A stretch of 24,343 nt of DNA from Armatimonadota bacterium (GCA_034722055.1 JAYENL010000154.1:1-24343); one strand, 5' to 3'; positions 1-9,274 are shown, counted from the stretch's first letter. Translations and numbers: made by a program. The notes: generated by a model not told the origin, from the letters alone.

Positions 1-801
1 GTAGTAGGGCCGCACCTGGTTGGTGTAGAGGGCCTCGTCGGGGGCACCGGGATACTGCAGCCACTGCGGCTCGCTCCAGTGGATGAAGTCCGGCGAGGTG
101 GCGGTCTTGATGTCCCGGATGCCGTCACGGAAGTCGCGCATGTAGGCCCGGTATTCCCCGCGGAACGAGTCCCAGAACGCCAGGTTCTGGGAGTCGAAGG
201 CGCAGCCGGTCAGCACCGGCTTCTGTTGCATCAGCGACCAGTGGATGCCATCCAGAGAGGCGAAGGCGAAGACGCCCCGGCCGGCCTCAGTCTTTCCGTG
301 GCCGAAGGCCTTATACCGCGCCTCCGAGGGCGCCTCGGGGTTGGGGTCGCGGAAGGGCGAGAAGCCGTGGTCCCCCTGGCCGTGCCATACGATGTTGTTG
401 GCCGTGGAGCCCTCGAACTCAAACAGCCCCAGCTCCGGCCTCCGCCACACGATGCCGTCATCGCTCTCCGCGTAGCCGATATGCAGAGGCGATGTCTTGA
501 GGCGCCCCTCGCTCACGTCCAGATGCCAGGCCTTGTAGTACATGCGGTAGCGGCCCTCGTCCTCGAAGACGGTCACGTAGCCACAGGCGGAGCCCTCCCA
601 GGGCTCGTCGAAGGCGATGACGGTCTCCTTGGGCTGCGGATGATGCAGGCGCAGCTCCGCGCCGGTCATGCGGTCAATGAGGAGCTCGTCCACCATCAGC
701 TCCAGCCTGGAGCCGATGTCGATCGGCTCCTCGGCGCCGGCGGCGGCGAGGACAGTGGCGATGCTGACTCCGGTGAGGATCACGCGCTCAACGCCTCCCA
801 T
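1..801 (-). CDS. Secreted Asp-box/beta-propeller protein, putative glycoside hydrolase (GH32/GH43-like fold); 3' end runs off the window
   Basis: Not in the ORF track; translated by hand. The ATG at 801-799 overlaps the upstream TGA (TGATG), and the frame stays open for 267 codons to base 1: MGGVERVILTGVSIATVLAAAGAEEPIDIGSRLELMVDELLID...FDEPWEG...YRMYYKAW...YAESDDGIVWRRPELGL...FASLDGIHW...FDSQNLAFWD...TSPDFIHWS...LYTNQVRPYY. It has a signal-peptide-like N-terminus and three S-x-D-[GF]-x-x-W motifs. Confidence 0.8.
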   Translation of the reverse strand, partial: MGGVERVILTGVSIATVLAAAGAEEPIDIGSRLELMVDELLIDRMTGAELRLHHPQPKETVIAFDEPWEGSACGYVTVFEDEGRYRMYYKAWHLDVSEGRLKTSPLHIGYAESDDGIVWRRPELGLFEFEGSTANNIVWHGQGDHGFSPFRDPNPEAPSEARYKAFGHGKTEAGRGVFAFASLDGIHWSLMQQKPVLTGCAFDSQNLAFWDSFRGEYRAYMRDFRDGIRDIKTATSPDFIHWSEPQWLQYPGAPDEALYTNQVRPYY

Positions 802-1757
802 CAGTTCGCGTGCTCGCGGTACTGCAGCGCCCTGTCGATCATGTGGAAGATGTCGTTCTCGGGCCTGTAGCCCAGCATGCAGCGGGCCTTGTTGATGTCG
901 ATCTCGAAGGAGTGGTAGCCGGGGATCGGTATGTCGATCGTCGGGGTGCCCGTGGCCTTCGAGAGATACTCCCCGGCCTCCCGGTAGTCGAACGGCGCCG
1001 GCCCCGCGATGTTGAAGGACTCCCCGATGGCCGTGGGGTTGCCCAGGACCTTGCCGAAGGCCTGCACCACGTCGTCGATGTGCACGATGTGCCGGTGGTA
1101 GGGCCAGCCGGACTCGTCCACCTGCACCGCAACGCGCTCCTCGCCCGCCTCCGCCAGCGCCATGATCTCCTCATCGACCTCGCCGAAGCCGTGGCCCTCC
1201 TCCTCGGGATCCAGATTCTCCAGCAGCGAAAAGTGCGTCAGGAGGTCGTCGCGCTCGAACATCCACGACGAGCGCAGAATACAGTAGGGGATGCCGTACT
1301 GGATGTTGTACTGCTCCACCATGACCTCCTCGAGGACCTTGGTGAAGGCGTAGTAGCCGGGGTAGGCCATGCGGCGGTGGTTCTCGTCGATGGGCACGGG
1401 CTGCTCGTAGAACCAGATGCCGAAGGCGGCGTCGCCGCCCATGAGGATGAGCTGCTTGATGTCCGCGCCGCGGCAGGCCTCCAGGACGTTAAGTGTGCCG
1501 CGCACGGAGACGTCGAAGAACGTGTCGGGGTCCTCCTTGGTGGTGGCGAGCTGCACCACCACGTCAGCGCCTGAGACCAGCTCCCGGCAGCACTCGGGGT
1601 CGGTCACCGAGCCGGAGAGGGTCTGCACGCCCTCGGCCTTCACCGGCGTGCGGTGCACCAGCGCCCGCACGGTCAGACCTCTCTCGAGCATCAGCGGAAC
1701 CACGTACCGCCCCACCTTGCCGGATGCGCCGAAGACCGCCACAGTGCTGATGTCCAT
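801..1757 (-). CDS. NAD(P)-dependent epimerase/dehydratase family protein (extended SDR)
   Basis: 318 aa with Rossmann motif VFGASGKVG, catalytic YxxxK (YAFTK), 'VRGTLNVLEAC', 'HIVHIDDVVQA', 'ESFNIAG' and 'DINKARCMLGYRP'. Confidence 0.9.
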   Translation of the reverse strand: MDISTVAVFGASGKVGRYVVPLMLERGLTVRALVHRTPVKAEGVQTLSGSVTDPECCRELVSGADVVVQLATTKEDPDTFFDVSVRGTLNVLEACRGADIKQLILMGGDAAFGIWFYEQPVPIDENHRRMAYPGYYAFTKVLEEVMVEQYNIQYGIPYCILRSSWMFERDDLLTHFSLLENLDPEEEGHGFGEVDEEIMALAEAGEERVAVQVDESGWPYHRHIVHIDDVVQAFGKVLGNPTAIGESFNIAGPAPFDYREAGEYLSKATGTPTIDIPIPGYHSFEIDINKARCMLGYRPENDIFHMIDRALQYREHAN

Positions 1758-1987
1758 CTCCGCTCACCCTTACTCCCGAGGCTTCGCCACGGTGAGCGGC
1801 AGTTTCCGCGCGCGGCGCAGGAGGACCTCCGCTCGGCCGCAATGGAGGCTCAGCCGTCAGCATCAGTGCATCCCTCTCGAGCAGCTCCAGCAGAGGTGCC
1901 GCAGGCGGCTGCGGAGAAACCGGGCAACGCCGCCCGGGTCACGTGTTCCGTCGGGCGGCGCTGTCACGTCCCTGCGGAGCAATCATC

Positions 1988-3970
1988 ATGCGCAGCCGCT
2001 CGCCGCTTGCCGGACTCGCCTCCGGCCGACATCAGCCTGAGGATGCGTCGTCAGGCCCGTCGCTGACCCCCCGGGCCGTCATCATCGCGTGCCTGCTGCT
2101 GCCCATCAACGCCTACTGGATCACCCAGATGGCGGTGGTCCGCTACGAGGGCCACCCCACCACCGTCTCCCTGTTCTTCAACGCGGTCTTTCTTCTGTTC
2201 GTTCTGCGCCTCGGCAACACGGCGCTGCGCCGCCTGTCTCCCCGCCTGGCGCTGCACCGCAACGAGCTGCTGGTCATCTACGCCATGGTCACCGTCGGCT
2301 CAGCGCTGTGCGGGCACGACCTGGTGCAGGTGGTCACGCCCCAGATCGTCATGCCCTTCTGGCTCGCCACGCCTGAGAACCAGTGGGAGGAGCTGTTCTT
2401 CCAGTACCTCCCGGATCATCTCACCGTCAGCGATCCATCCATCTACGTCCCCGCCTTTGAGGGCGGCGCCACGCTCTACACCCGCGAGCGCCTGCTGGCC
2501 TGGCTGCCCCCGGTGGCAAGCTGGGGGCTGTTCCTGGCCGTCCTGACCACCATGATGCTGGCCATCAACGCCCTCCTGCGGCGGCGGTGGATGGACCAGG
2601 AAAAGCTCACCTACCCCATAGTGCACATGCCCCTGGAGCTGTCGCGCGATGACGCCGCGCTGCTGCGCAGCAGGATGATGTGGCTGGGATTCGCGCTGGC
2701 GGCGGCGGTGGACCTGCTCAACGGCATCCACGAGCTGCGACCGGCGTGGCCGCTGATCAAGGTCAGGGTCGTGCACTTCGATGCCATGATGCGCTCGGCC
2801 TTCACCGGCTATCCCTGGGCGGCGCTGCGCGGCTCGCGCATCTCGTTCTATCCCTTCGCCATCGGCCTGGGGATGCTGCTGCCGCTGGACCTGGCCTTCT
2901 CGTGCTGGTTCTTCTACCTGTTCTGGCGGGCGCAGACGCTGCTGTCGATGCTCCTGGGGCTCAACCGGATTCCCGGCTTTCCCTACGTCAATGAGCAGTC
3001 CTCGGGGGCCTATCTGGGCCTGTGTGCCTTTGCGCTGTACATGGCACGGAGACGGCTCTCTCGTCTGCTGCGCAGGACCCTGCGCGGCAGGGCCGAGGAC
3101 GAGGGGGAGCCCATGAGCTACTCGCTGGCCATGATGGTGATCTTCGGGGGATTGCTCTTTCTGGCGCTGTTCACCGCCGCCATGGGCATGTGGCTGTGGC
3201 TGGCGGCACTATTCTTCCTGCTCTACTTCGGACTGTCCCTGGCGGTCACCCGCATTCGGGCGGAGCTGGGGCCCCCCGCCCACGACCTGCACCGCGGTGG
3301 CCCCGACCTGATTCTCACCAACATCTTCGGCACCGACGGCACCATCCTGCCCCCCGGGCAGCTCACCGCCCTGAGCCTGTGCTTCTGGTTCAACCGCGCC
3401 TACCGGGCCCATCCCATGCCGGTGCAGCTTGAGTCCTTCAAGATCGCCGACAGCACCGGAATCCGCCAGTCGCACATGGCCATGGCGCTGACCATCGCGG
3501 CATTCCTGGGAGCCTTTGCGGCCTTCTGGGCGCAGGTGCACAGCTACTACGCCTACGGGATCAACGCGAAGATGAGCTTCGTGGCCACGACCTTCGGCCG
3601 GGAGCCCTTCCAGCGCCTGCGCTCGTGGCTGATGCACACCCATGGCACCGACTGGCCGCGGGTCGGGGCCTACGTGGTGGGCATCGGCTTCACGTGGCTG
3701 CTGATGGTGCTGCGCATCAACTTCGTGAACTGGCCCTTCCACCCGGTGGGGTACGCCATCTCCTCGAGCTGGTCGATGAACTGCCTGTGGCTGCCGATTC
3801 TGATCGCCTGGGCGGCCAAGTGGGTCATCACCCACTACGGCGGCCACCGCGCCTACCAGCGCGCGATCCCCTTCGCCCTGGGGCTGGTGCTGGGCGAGTT
3901 CATCGTGGGGAGCCTGTGGTGCATCATCGGCATCGCGCTGGGGATCGACACCTACAGCTTCTGGGTGTGA
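1988..3970 (+). CDS. Multi-pass membrane protein, DUF6785/DUF6784-like putative (OPT-related) transporter
   Basis: About 660 aa and highly hydrophobic. Motifs 'LTPRAVII', 'NELLVIYAM', 'ATPENQW', 'RRRWMDQEKLTYPIVHMPLEL', 'TRIRAELG', 'WPFHPVGY' and 'PFALGLVLGEF'. I prefer the ATG at 1988 (GGAG upstream) to the track start at 1943. Family assigned from recalled motifs. Confidence 0.75.
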   Translation: MRSRSPLAGLASGRHQPEDASSGPSLTPRAVIIACLLLPINAYWITQMAVVRYEGHPTTVSLFFNAVFLLFVLRLGNTALRRLSPRLALHRNELLVIYAMVTVGSALCGHDLVQVVTPQIVMPFWLATPENQWEELFFQYLPDHLTVSDPSIYVPAFEGGATLYTRERLLAWLPPVASWGLFLAVLTTMMLAINALLRRRWMDQEKLTYPIVHMPLELSRDDAALLRSRMMWLGFALAAAVDLLNGIHELRPAWPLIKVRVVHFDAMMRSAFTGYPWAALRGSRISFYPFAIGLGMLLPLDLAFSCWFFYLFWRAQTLLSMLLGLNRIPGFPYVNEQSSGAYLGLCAFALYMARRRLSRLLRRTLRGRAEDEGEPMSYSLAMMVIFGGLLFLALFTAAMGMWLWLAALFFLLYFGLSLAVTRIRAELGPPAHDLHRGGPDLILTNIFGTDGTILPPGQLTALSLCFWFNRAYRAHPMPVQLESFKIADSTGIRQSHMAMALTIAAFLGAFAAFWAQVHSYYAYGINAKMSFVATTFGREPFQRLRSWLMHTHGTDWPRVGAYVVGIGFTWLLMVLRINFVNWPFHPVGYAISSSWSMNCLWLPILIAWAAKWVITHYGGHRAYQRAIPFALGLVLGEFIVGSLWCIIGIALGIDTYSFWV

Positions 3971-3995
3971 CGCAAAGCGCAAGGGCCCCAACCGC

Positions 3996-4275
3996 GGCAG
4001 GCAGGATGCCTGCCCCACGGGTAAGCCCAAATCCGTGGCGCAGGCTTCCAGCCTGCGGTCGTTCCGGTTGCGCACGAAAGCGGCGCACGGCAACGGCAGG
4101 CGGCGTAGGCACGCCGCCTCTCCGTACGACAAGGCGAACAATCCCGCGGATCGACTCTGCACCACACCGTGGCGCGGGCTTCCAGCCTGCGGTCGTTCTC
4201 CGTTGGAGGGGCCGCACGAGCGCCGAAGGCGTGAGGCCGGCCCACCACGGGAAGGCGGACGCATCTGAAGATGCG
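3996..4275. repeat. Cluster of REP-like palindromic elements (BIME/REPIN-like) between convergent genes
   Basis: A 32-bp direct repeat CCGTGGCGC(A/G)GGCTTCCAGCCTGCGGTCGTTC sits at 4033-4064 and 4167-4198 (1 mismatch), each with a GTGG foot and hairpin. Oppositely oriented hairpin units lie at 3996-4020 (GCAGGCA-GGA-TGCCTGC-CCCAC), 4098-4128 (AGGCGGCGT-AGGC-ACGCCGCCT) and about 4208-4250. A further hairpin is at 4260-4275. Confidence 0.75.
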
Positions 4276-4363
4276 CCGATCCGGACGACGAGAGCGAGGC
4301 GTCCCTCCGGACGAAAAACGACCTGCAAACGCCATCAGGCAGGACCTCTGCCCCACGAGTTCG

Positions 4364-7300
4364 CTACTCCAGCACCTGCACCATCACCGGCTCCATCAGC
4401 CCATGGTCGTTGAGGTAGTACTGGTAGCGCCAGTCCGGGTTGTTGGGGTCGAACTCGCCGGGCCCTGTCCAGGGCTTCCAGGGCGTGTGCAGCGGCCCCA
4501 GGATGTTCTTGCGCCCGCCGATTATCTCCACAGCCACCTCGTTCTCGCCCTCGGTCAGAGCATCGGTGATGTCCGCCGCGAACGGCGGCCAGGGCATCAC
4601 GAAGCTCTCGCCGTTGACATGCAGGGCCGCCGCGGTGCACTCCACCTCAGGCAGCCACACCTGGCAGCGTTGGCCCTCGGCCGGCCGCTGGACCGTCACC
4701 ATATACCGCACCGCCGCGCCGTAGAAGTCCAGGCCCTGGCCCACCCACGAGCCCAGCTCCAGCGTCTGCGGCGGCGCCACCAGCGTCATGTTCCCGGGGT
4801 TGGACGCCTCCTCGTCCAGGCTGGCGACCCCGAACTCGCCCACCAGGTACATGTTCTCCAGCTCCATCGTGGGGCGATAGTCGAAGGTCAGCAGCACCTC
4901 GTTCTCGCCCTTCTGGAGCTGCGCGGTGATGTCGATGGTCTCGATATCGTCGTCAACCCACCAGCCGTCCACCTTTGAGACCTCGGCCCCGTTGACGGTC
5001 ACCGTATAGTCCTCCGGGCTCTCCAGCGCCAGGTGGCAGGTCGTCGGGAGGGCCGTGACGTGGAACGAGTAGCGCAACTGGCAGGTGTCGCGTGGCTCGG
5101 TGTCCACCACGCCCGTGGTGTAGAGGTACCATGGCTGGTGCTCCCGGCCCAGCCGGGTTCCCAGCCCGTAGCGGGCGCGGATCTGCTCATCGGCCTTCAG
5201 CGTGGGCACCGGCTCGGAGAACTCCTCATCGGCGATCCTGACCTGGCAGTAGTCCAGTGGCATGGTGTTGGGCTCGGTGCGCTCGATGTCGAACGGCCCT
5301 GAGAGCTCCGTTCTGTCCGCGACCGTCCGTCTCGGCTCCCGCTCCCCGGCCTCCGGGACCTCGATGCCGATGGTGAACAGCGCCGATCCGGTCGGCCCCA
5401 GCTCGACCTCGAAGGCCACCCGCCCGTCCGCCTCCCACGGCGCCACCTCGATCCTGCGCTCGGTCATCGCATCCCACTCCACGATGGGGCCGTCGGCGTC
5501 CACGCTGACCGTCACCGCGTGCGAGTTCTCGCGATCGTGCGACTGGATGAAGACCAGGTAGCCGTCATCGATCTCCCGGAGCATCGCCCACACGAAGTCG
5601 GCGTGCTGGCCCTCCCGGGTAACTCGCACCCGCCTGTGGAGGACATCCTGCAGCGCCGCGATGACGGACTGCGGCTCGGCCAGCGACGAGAGGGCCTTTC
5701 CGCGCAGCATGGCCGGCCGGTCGTCGGGCTCGCCATCGATCAGGCGCGGGGCGTCGCCGGCGAAGATCACGGTGCCGCCGGCCTCCACCAGCTCTTCCAG
5801 CAGTTCCAGCGTTGACTGTCGCAGCGTGATGCTCGGGGGCACCAGCACCACCTGGTAGGTCATCCGCTCGACCGTCAGCGTCTCGCCCTCCACCCGGGCG
5901 TGCTTAGACAGCAGGGACTCGTCGCCCAGGTCGAAGTCATAGTGCTGGCCCATCAGCTCGTAGATGATCCCGTTGAGCTGCTCGTTGAGGCGCTCGATGG
6001 CCTCCGTGCCCTCGGGGCCGGTAGTGAGGCCCCAGCCGCTCTCGATCGGGTGTATCACCAGCACGTCGCGGATGGGCCGCCCGGCGGTGAGCATCACGCT
6101 CAGGCGCGCGAAGTAGTCCTCCACGGTGTCGTAGTAGGGCCACCAGGGGCTGTGGTCGCGAATGCTGGCGGGGTAGTCGCGCTTGGCGCCGCCCGCGAGC
6201 GAGTAGTGCGTCAGGTGGGGGCAGCGGAAGTTGATTCCGCAGACCCACTGCCAGTCGCCGATGAACTTGTGCCCCTCCAGCCGCCAGTCCCAGCCGGTGC
6301 AGCCGTACAGCTCGGTCAGCACGCGCTCGGCGCCGAGCTGGTCGGCCACGGAGGTGCACTGCTTGGCGGTGAGCAGCTCGTCGCACTGATCGCGCAGCAG
6401 GTCGATTCCGGGCCACTGCATGAACTCGTAGTGTGGCATGGCCGCGCCGATGGCCTGCCGCTGCGATGCCAGCGTCTGCTCGGCGAGCATATGCCCCGTC
6501 AACGCGATGTCGTGCTCGCCGCACCACTGTCCGACCTGCTCCGAGAACGCCTCCACGAACAGCTCGGTGATAGTGCGGAAGTAGTCGTGGCGCACCTTTG
6601 AGAACTCCCCGTCCGCGAGCGGGAGCACCACCTCAGGCAGCCGGTCGGGCAGACTATAGCCGCGTCGGCGCTCGAACTCGTCGGCCAGCGCGCAGGTCCA
6701 GGGGATGCGGTGGCGGCCATCCACGGTGCCGTGGATCTGCGCGCCGTAGCTGGGCTCATCGGTGAAGACCGCCGGGATGATCTCCCCCATCACGTCGCCG
6801 TAGCGGTCGGCGTAGGCCTCATGGGTGACGCGGAGGAACTCGGCCACCGCCTCGAGGTCGAGCGTGTCCAGGTAGCCGCCGTCGTTGGTCCAGCCGCTCG
6901 GCTCCTGAAAGCCGGGGCAGAAGAACAGCGCCCGCTCCGCGCTGACCTCATCCGCGCTCATCACCTCCCCAGGGCCCGCGATCTTCTGGTAGGAGACCAG
7001 GCGACCGTCATCATCAAGCTGCACGTCGAAGACCGCGTGGACCTTGTCTGTGGCGGGATCGGGCTCATCGAAGCTGGCGCTGAGGTACTTGAGGCGGAAC
7101 TGGGGATTCTCGCGCGTCACCAGCCCGCCGGCGGGCCCCGACGGCCACCGGTCCTCGTCGTACATGTAGGCCTTCATATCCAGCTCGCGGCACTTCTGAA
7201 CGCAGGCGGTGACGCACTCGAACCATCGCTCCGACAGGTAGGGCGTCTTCAGCCCGTAGCGGCTGTGCATGAAGGCCCCGCCCATCCCCGCTCCGTGCAT

Positions 7301-7423
7301 GCTCTCGATCTCCCGCTGCAGCCGGTCGGGCTCCAGCTCGCTGTTCCAGGACCAGAACGGCGCCCCCCGATAGATGGCTGATGGGCTGATCCACTGCTCC
7401 TCGAGCGCTCCCAGTTCGCTCAC
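4364..7423 (-). CDS. Large glycoside hydrolase, GH106 (alpha-L-rhamnosidase)-like, with C-terminal beta-sandwich domains
   Basis: 1019 aa, GTG start with GAGGGAG upstream. Motifs 'PFWSWN', 'GMGGAFMHSRYGL..PYLSERW', 'YDEDRWPSG.AGG', 'FTDEP', 'LTGH', 'PGIDLL', 'ELYGCTGW' and 'KRDYPAS'. No signal peptide is evident. Confidence 0.75.
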   Translation of the reverse strand: MSELGALEEQWISPSAIYRGAPFWSWNSELEPDRLQREIESMHGAGMGGAFMHSRYGLKTPYLSERWFECVTACVQKCRELDMKAYMYDEDRWPSGPAGGLVTRENPQFRLKYLSASFDEPDPATDKVHAVFDVQLDDDGRLVSYQKIAGPGEVMSADEVSAERALFFCPGFQEPSGWTNDGGYLDTLDLEAVAEFLRVTHEAYADRYGDVMGEIIPAVFTDEPSYGAQIHGTVDGRHRIPWTCALADEFERRRGYSLPDRLPEVVLPLADGEFSKVRHDYFRTITELFVEAFSEQVGQWCGEHDIALTGHMLAEQTLASQRQAIGAAMPHYEFMQWPGIDLLRDQCDELLTAKQCTSVADQLGAERVLTELYGCTGWDWRLEGHKFIGDWQWVCGINFRCPHLTHYSLAGGAKRDYPASIRDHSPWWPYYDTVEDYFARLSVMLTAGRPIRDVLVIHPIESGWGLTTGPEGTEAIERLNEQLNGIIYELMGQHYDFDLGDESLLSKHARVEGETLTVERMTYQVVLVPPSITLRQSTLELLEELVEAGGTVIFAGDAPRLIDGEPDDRPAMLRGKALSSLAEPQSVIAALQDVLHRRVRVTREGQHADFVWAMLREIDDGYLVFIQSHDRENSHAVTVSVDADGPIVEWDAMTERRIEVAPWEADGRVAFEVELGPTGSALFTIGIEVPEAGEREPRRTVADRTELSGPFDIERTEPNTMPLDYCQVRIADEEFSEPVPTLKADEQIRARYGLGTRLGREHQPWYLYTTGVVDTEPRDTCQLRYSFHVTALPTTCHLALESPEDYTVTVNGAEVSKVDGWWVDDDIETIDITAQLQKGENEVLLTFDYRPTMELENMYLVGEFGVASLDEEASNPGNMTLVAPPQTLELGSWVGQGLDFYGAAVRYMVTVQRPAEGQRCQVWLPEVECTAAALHVNGESFVMPWPPFAADITDALTEGENEVAVEIIGGRKNILGPLHTPWKPWTGPGEFDPNNPDWRYQYYLNDHGLMEPVMVQVLE

Positions 7424-7686
7424 CTGAATCTCTCCCTCGCGTGGCAGGCTACGCCGCGGCCCGACCGCCGGCGCCGCTGTATCGCAGTGTGCAATTCTCG
7501 CTTCGTCCGCTATCCCCTGCCTGTGAGGGGGTCACCAGGCAGAACCATCCTCGTCCGGAACTGCACGCAGGTGCTGATGCGTTTACCAAGATACACCATG
7601 CCACCGGCGTATCTCCCACCGTGTGAACCGCGATCGACGGGGAAGGTGAGACCGCAACGGGAGCACCCAGGACGCTGGCGGAGGTC

Positions 7687-8727
7687 GTGGACGTCTTCAC
7701 CTGCTGCCTGTTCACCTGGAAGGTACTGGTGATGGTGGTGCCAGCCTTCCTGCTGGCGGGAGCAGTGAGCGCCTTCGTTCCGCCGCAGCTCGTGCTGCGA
7801 TACCTGGGCACCGCGGCCCGCAAGCGCGTCTCCTACTCCGTCGCCGCCATCTCCGGCATCATCCTGTCGCTGTGCTCCTGCAACGTGGTCCCCCTGTTCG
7901 TGAGCATCTACCGCACAGGCGCCGGGATCGGCCCGGCCAGTACCTTCCTCTACGCCGGGCCGGCCATCAACCTCGTCAGCCTGGTGCTGGTCTTCGAGGC
8001 CATCGGCTGGCGAATGGGCCTGTGGCGCGCCATCCTGGTGCCTGTCGTGGGCGTGCTGTGCGGGCTGACCATGGCGGCGCTGTTCGGGCATGAGGACCAG
8101 CAGTCTCCCGAGGCCGCCGCAGCCCAGGCCGGCGTCGCCGCCGATACCGCCGATACCGTCCGGCTGGGCGGGCTCTTTGCGCTGCTCACCGGCATGGTCA
8201 TCTTCGGCGGCTGGGAGACCTCCGTGGCCTGGAAGGCGGCAGGGATGGGCACGATGGCCGTGGCGACGGCGCTTGTGGTGGCCCTCCGCTTCTCAAGTGA
8301 TGACCTCCGCGACTGGGGCCGTGACACCTGGTACCTGGTGAAGACCGTCATCCCGGTGCTGGTCCCGGCCGTCGTGGTCATCGGCTTGGCCGCGGCCTGG
8401 GTGGACATGAAGTGGATCTACCGCCACGTGGGGGACGACTCCCTCCGCTCGGTGGTCTTCGCCGATCTCTTCGGTGAGCTGATGTACTTCCCGATCCTCG
8501 CCGAGGTCGTCTTCGCTGGGGCCATGATGCAGCTGGGGATGGCCTCCGGCCCCGCCATGGCCATCCTGCTGACCGGCACCGGCGCAAGCCTGCCCGGCGC
8601 GATCATCATCGCCCGCTTCATCGGCTGGCGCAAGGCCGCCGCCTTGGTCGCCTGCGAGCTGGTCTTCACCATCGCCGCGGCGATGCTCTTCACGCTGGTC
8701 CCGGGCGTCAGCGTGCCACCTGTGTGA
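7687..8727 (+). CDS. Predicted permease, DUF318/ArsP family
   Basis: 346 aa and hydrophobic, with the family signature 'VPAFLLAGAVS...LSLCSCNVVPLFVSIYRTGAGIGPASTFLYAGPAIN' and a second half-repeat 'LMYFPILAEV...GPAMAILLTGTGASLP'. Start is uncertain (GTG 7687 or ATG 7732). Confidence 0.85.
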   Translation: MDVFTCCLFTWKVLVMVVPAFLLAGAVSAFVPPQLVLRYLGTAARKRVSYSVAAISGIILSLCSCNVVPLFVSIYRTGAGIGPASTFLYAGPAINLVSLVLVFEAIGWRMGLWRAILVPVVGVLCGLTMAALFGHEDQQSPEAAAAQAGVAADTADTVRLGGLFALLTGMVIFGGWETSVAWKAAGMGTMAVATALVVALRFSSDDLRDWGRDTWYLVKTVIPVLVPAVVVIGLAAAWVDMKWIYRHVGDDSLRSVVFADLFGELMYFPILAEVVFAGAMMQLGMASGPAMAILLTGTGASLPGAIIIARFIGWRKAAALVACELVFTIAAAMLFTLVPGVSVPPV

Positions 8728-8760
8728 CCCCCGCTGTGGCGCTATGCCGCCGCGGCGAGC

Positions 8761-9234
8761 TCATATCACGCCATCGTCGCCGATGTCATCGTCCTCGAAG
8801 AAACTGTCCCGCCGCACCGACGGCATCGAGACCTCCAGCACCAGCGCCGGCCCCAGCCCCGTGAAGCAGTGGCCCGTCCCCGGCGCCATCGCCAGCACGT
8901 CACCCTGCTCCATGATGCGCTCCCCATCGTCGAGGCACATCCGGATGCGGCCCTTCAGCACGTAGAAGGTCTCGTGCTTGACCTCGTGGTGGTGCTGCGG
9001 GCAGGTCTGGCCGTCGAAGAGGAACAGGAACTTGCCGCAGTAGCCGTGCTCCGTCTCGTTGGCGACCCAGAACTCCGTCTCCCCCACCTCATCGAAGCGC
9101 TTCAGGCCGAAGTCCAGCGGCAGCGGCTCCACCTCGGGCATGGTCAGCCCCCATGCCTGCATCTGCTCCTCGATGGCCGCCAGGGCGCGCGCCCGCTGGG
9201 GCCCCGCAAGCTCCACGTCGGCGTACTTGCCCAT
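8761..9234 (-). CDS. D-lyxose/D-mannose isomerase family cupin
   Basis: 157 aa from ATG 9234 (RBS GAGGAG). Contains 'LDFGL..F...G', 'YCGKFLFLFDGQTCPQHHHEVKHETF', 'H.F' and 'LEVSMPS...DSFF', the cupin metal-binding pattern of D-lyxose ketol-isomerases. Confidence 0.8.
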   Translation of the reverse strand: MGKYADVELAGPQRARALAAIEEQMQAWGLTMPEVEPLPLDFGLKRFDEVGETEFWVANETEHGYCGKFLFLFDGQTCPQHHHEVKHETFYVLKGRIRMCLDDGERIMEQGDVLAMAPGTGHCFTGLGPALVLEVSMPSVRRDSFFEDDDIGDDGVI

Positions 9235-9274
9235 GGATGGCTCTCCTCGCCGAAGGCTCTTCGACGCCGATGAG

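Noticed and set aside
1892..1980. Lysine riboswitch-like words (AGAGGTGC ... CTGTCAC ... GGAGC) upstream of the transporter
   Set aside because: The span is about half the length of a lysine riboswitch, and the internal GCCGAA and closing GCUA elements are missing. An Infernal/Rfam scan would settle it.
4033..4198. 32-bp palindromic direct repeat as a mini-CRISPR array
   Set aside because: There are only two copies, the 102-nt gap is too long and itself contains a hairpin element, and no cas genes are in the window. REP-like architecture explains it better.
7621..7690. In-frame TGA upstream of the permease as a selenocysteine codon extending the ORF
   Set aside because: The upstream translation shows no family-like sequence, there is no convincing SECIS-like hairpin, and no selenium genes are nearby.
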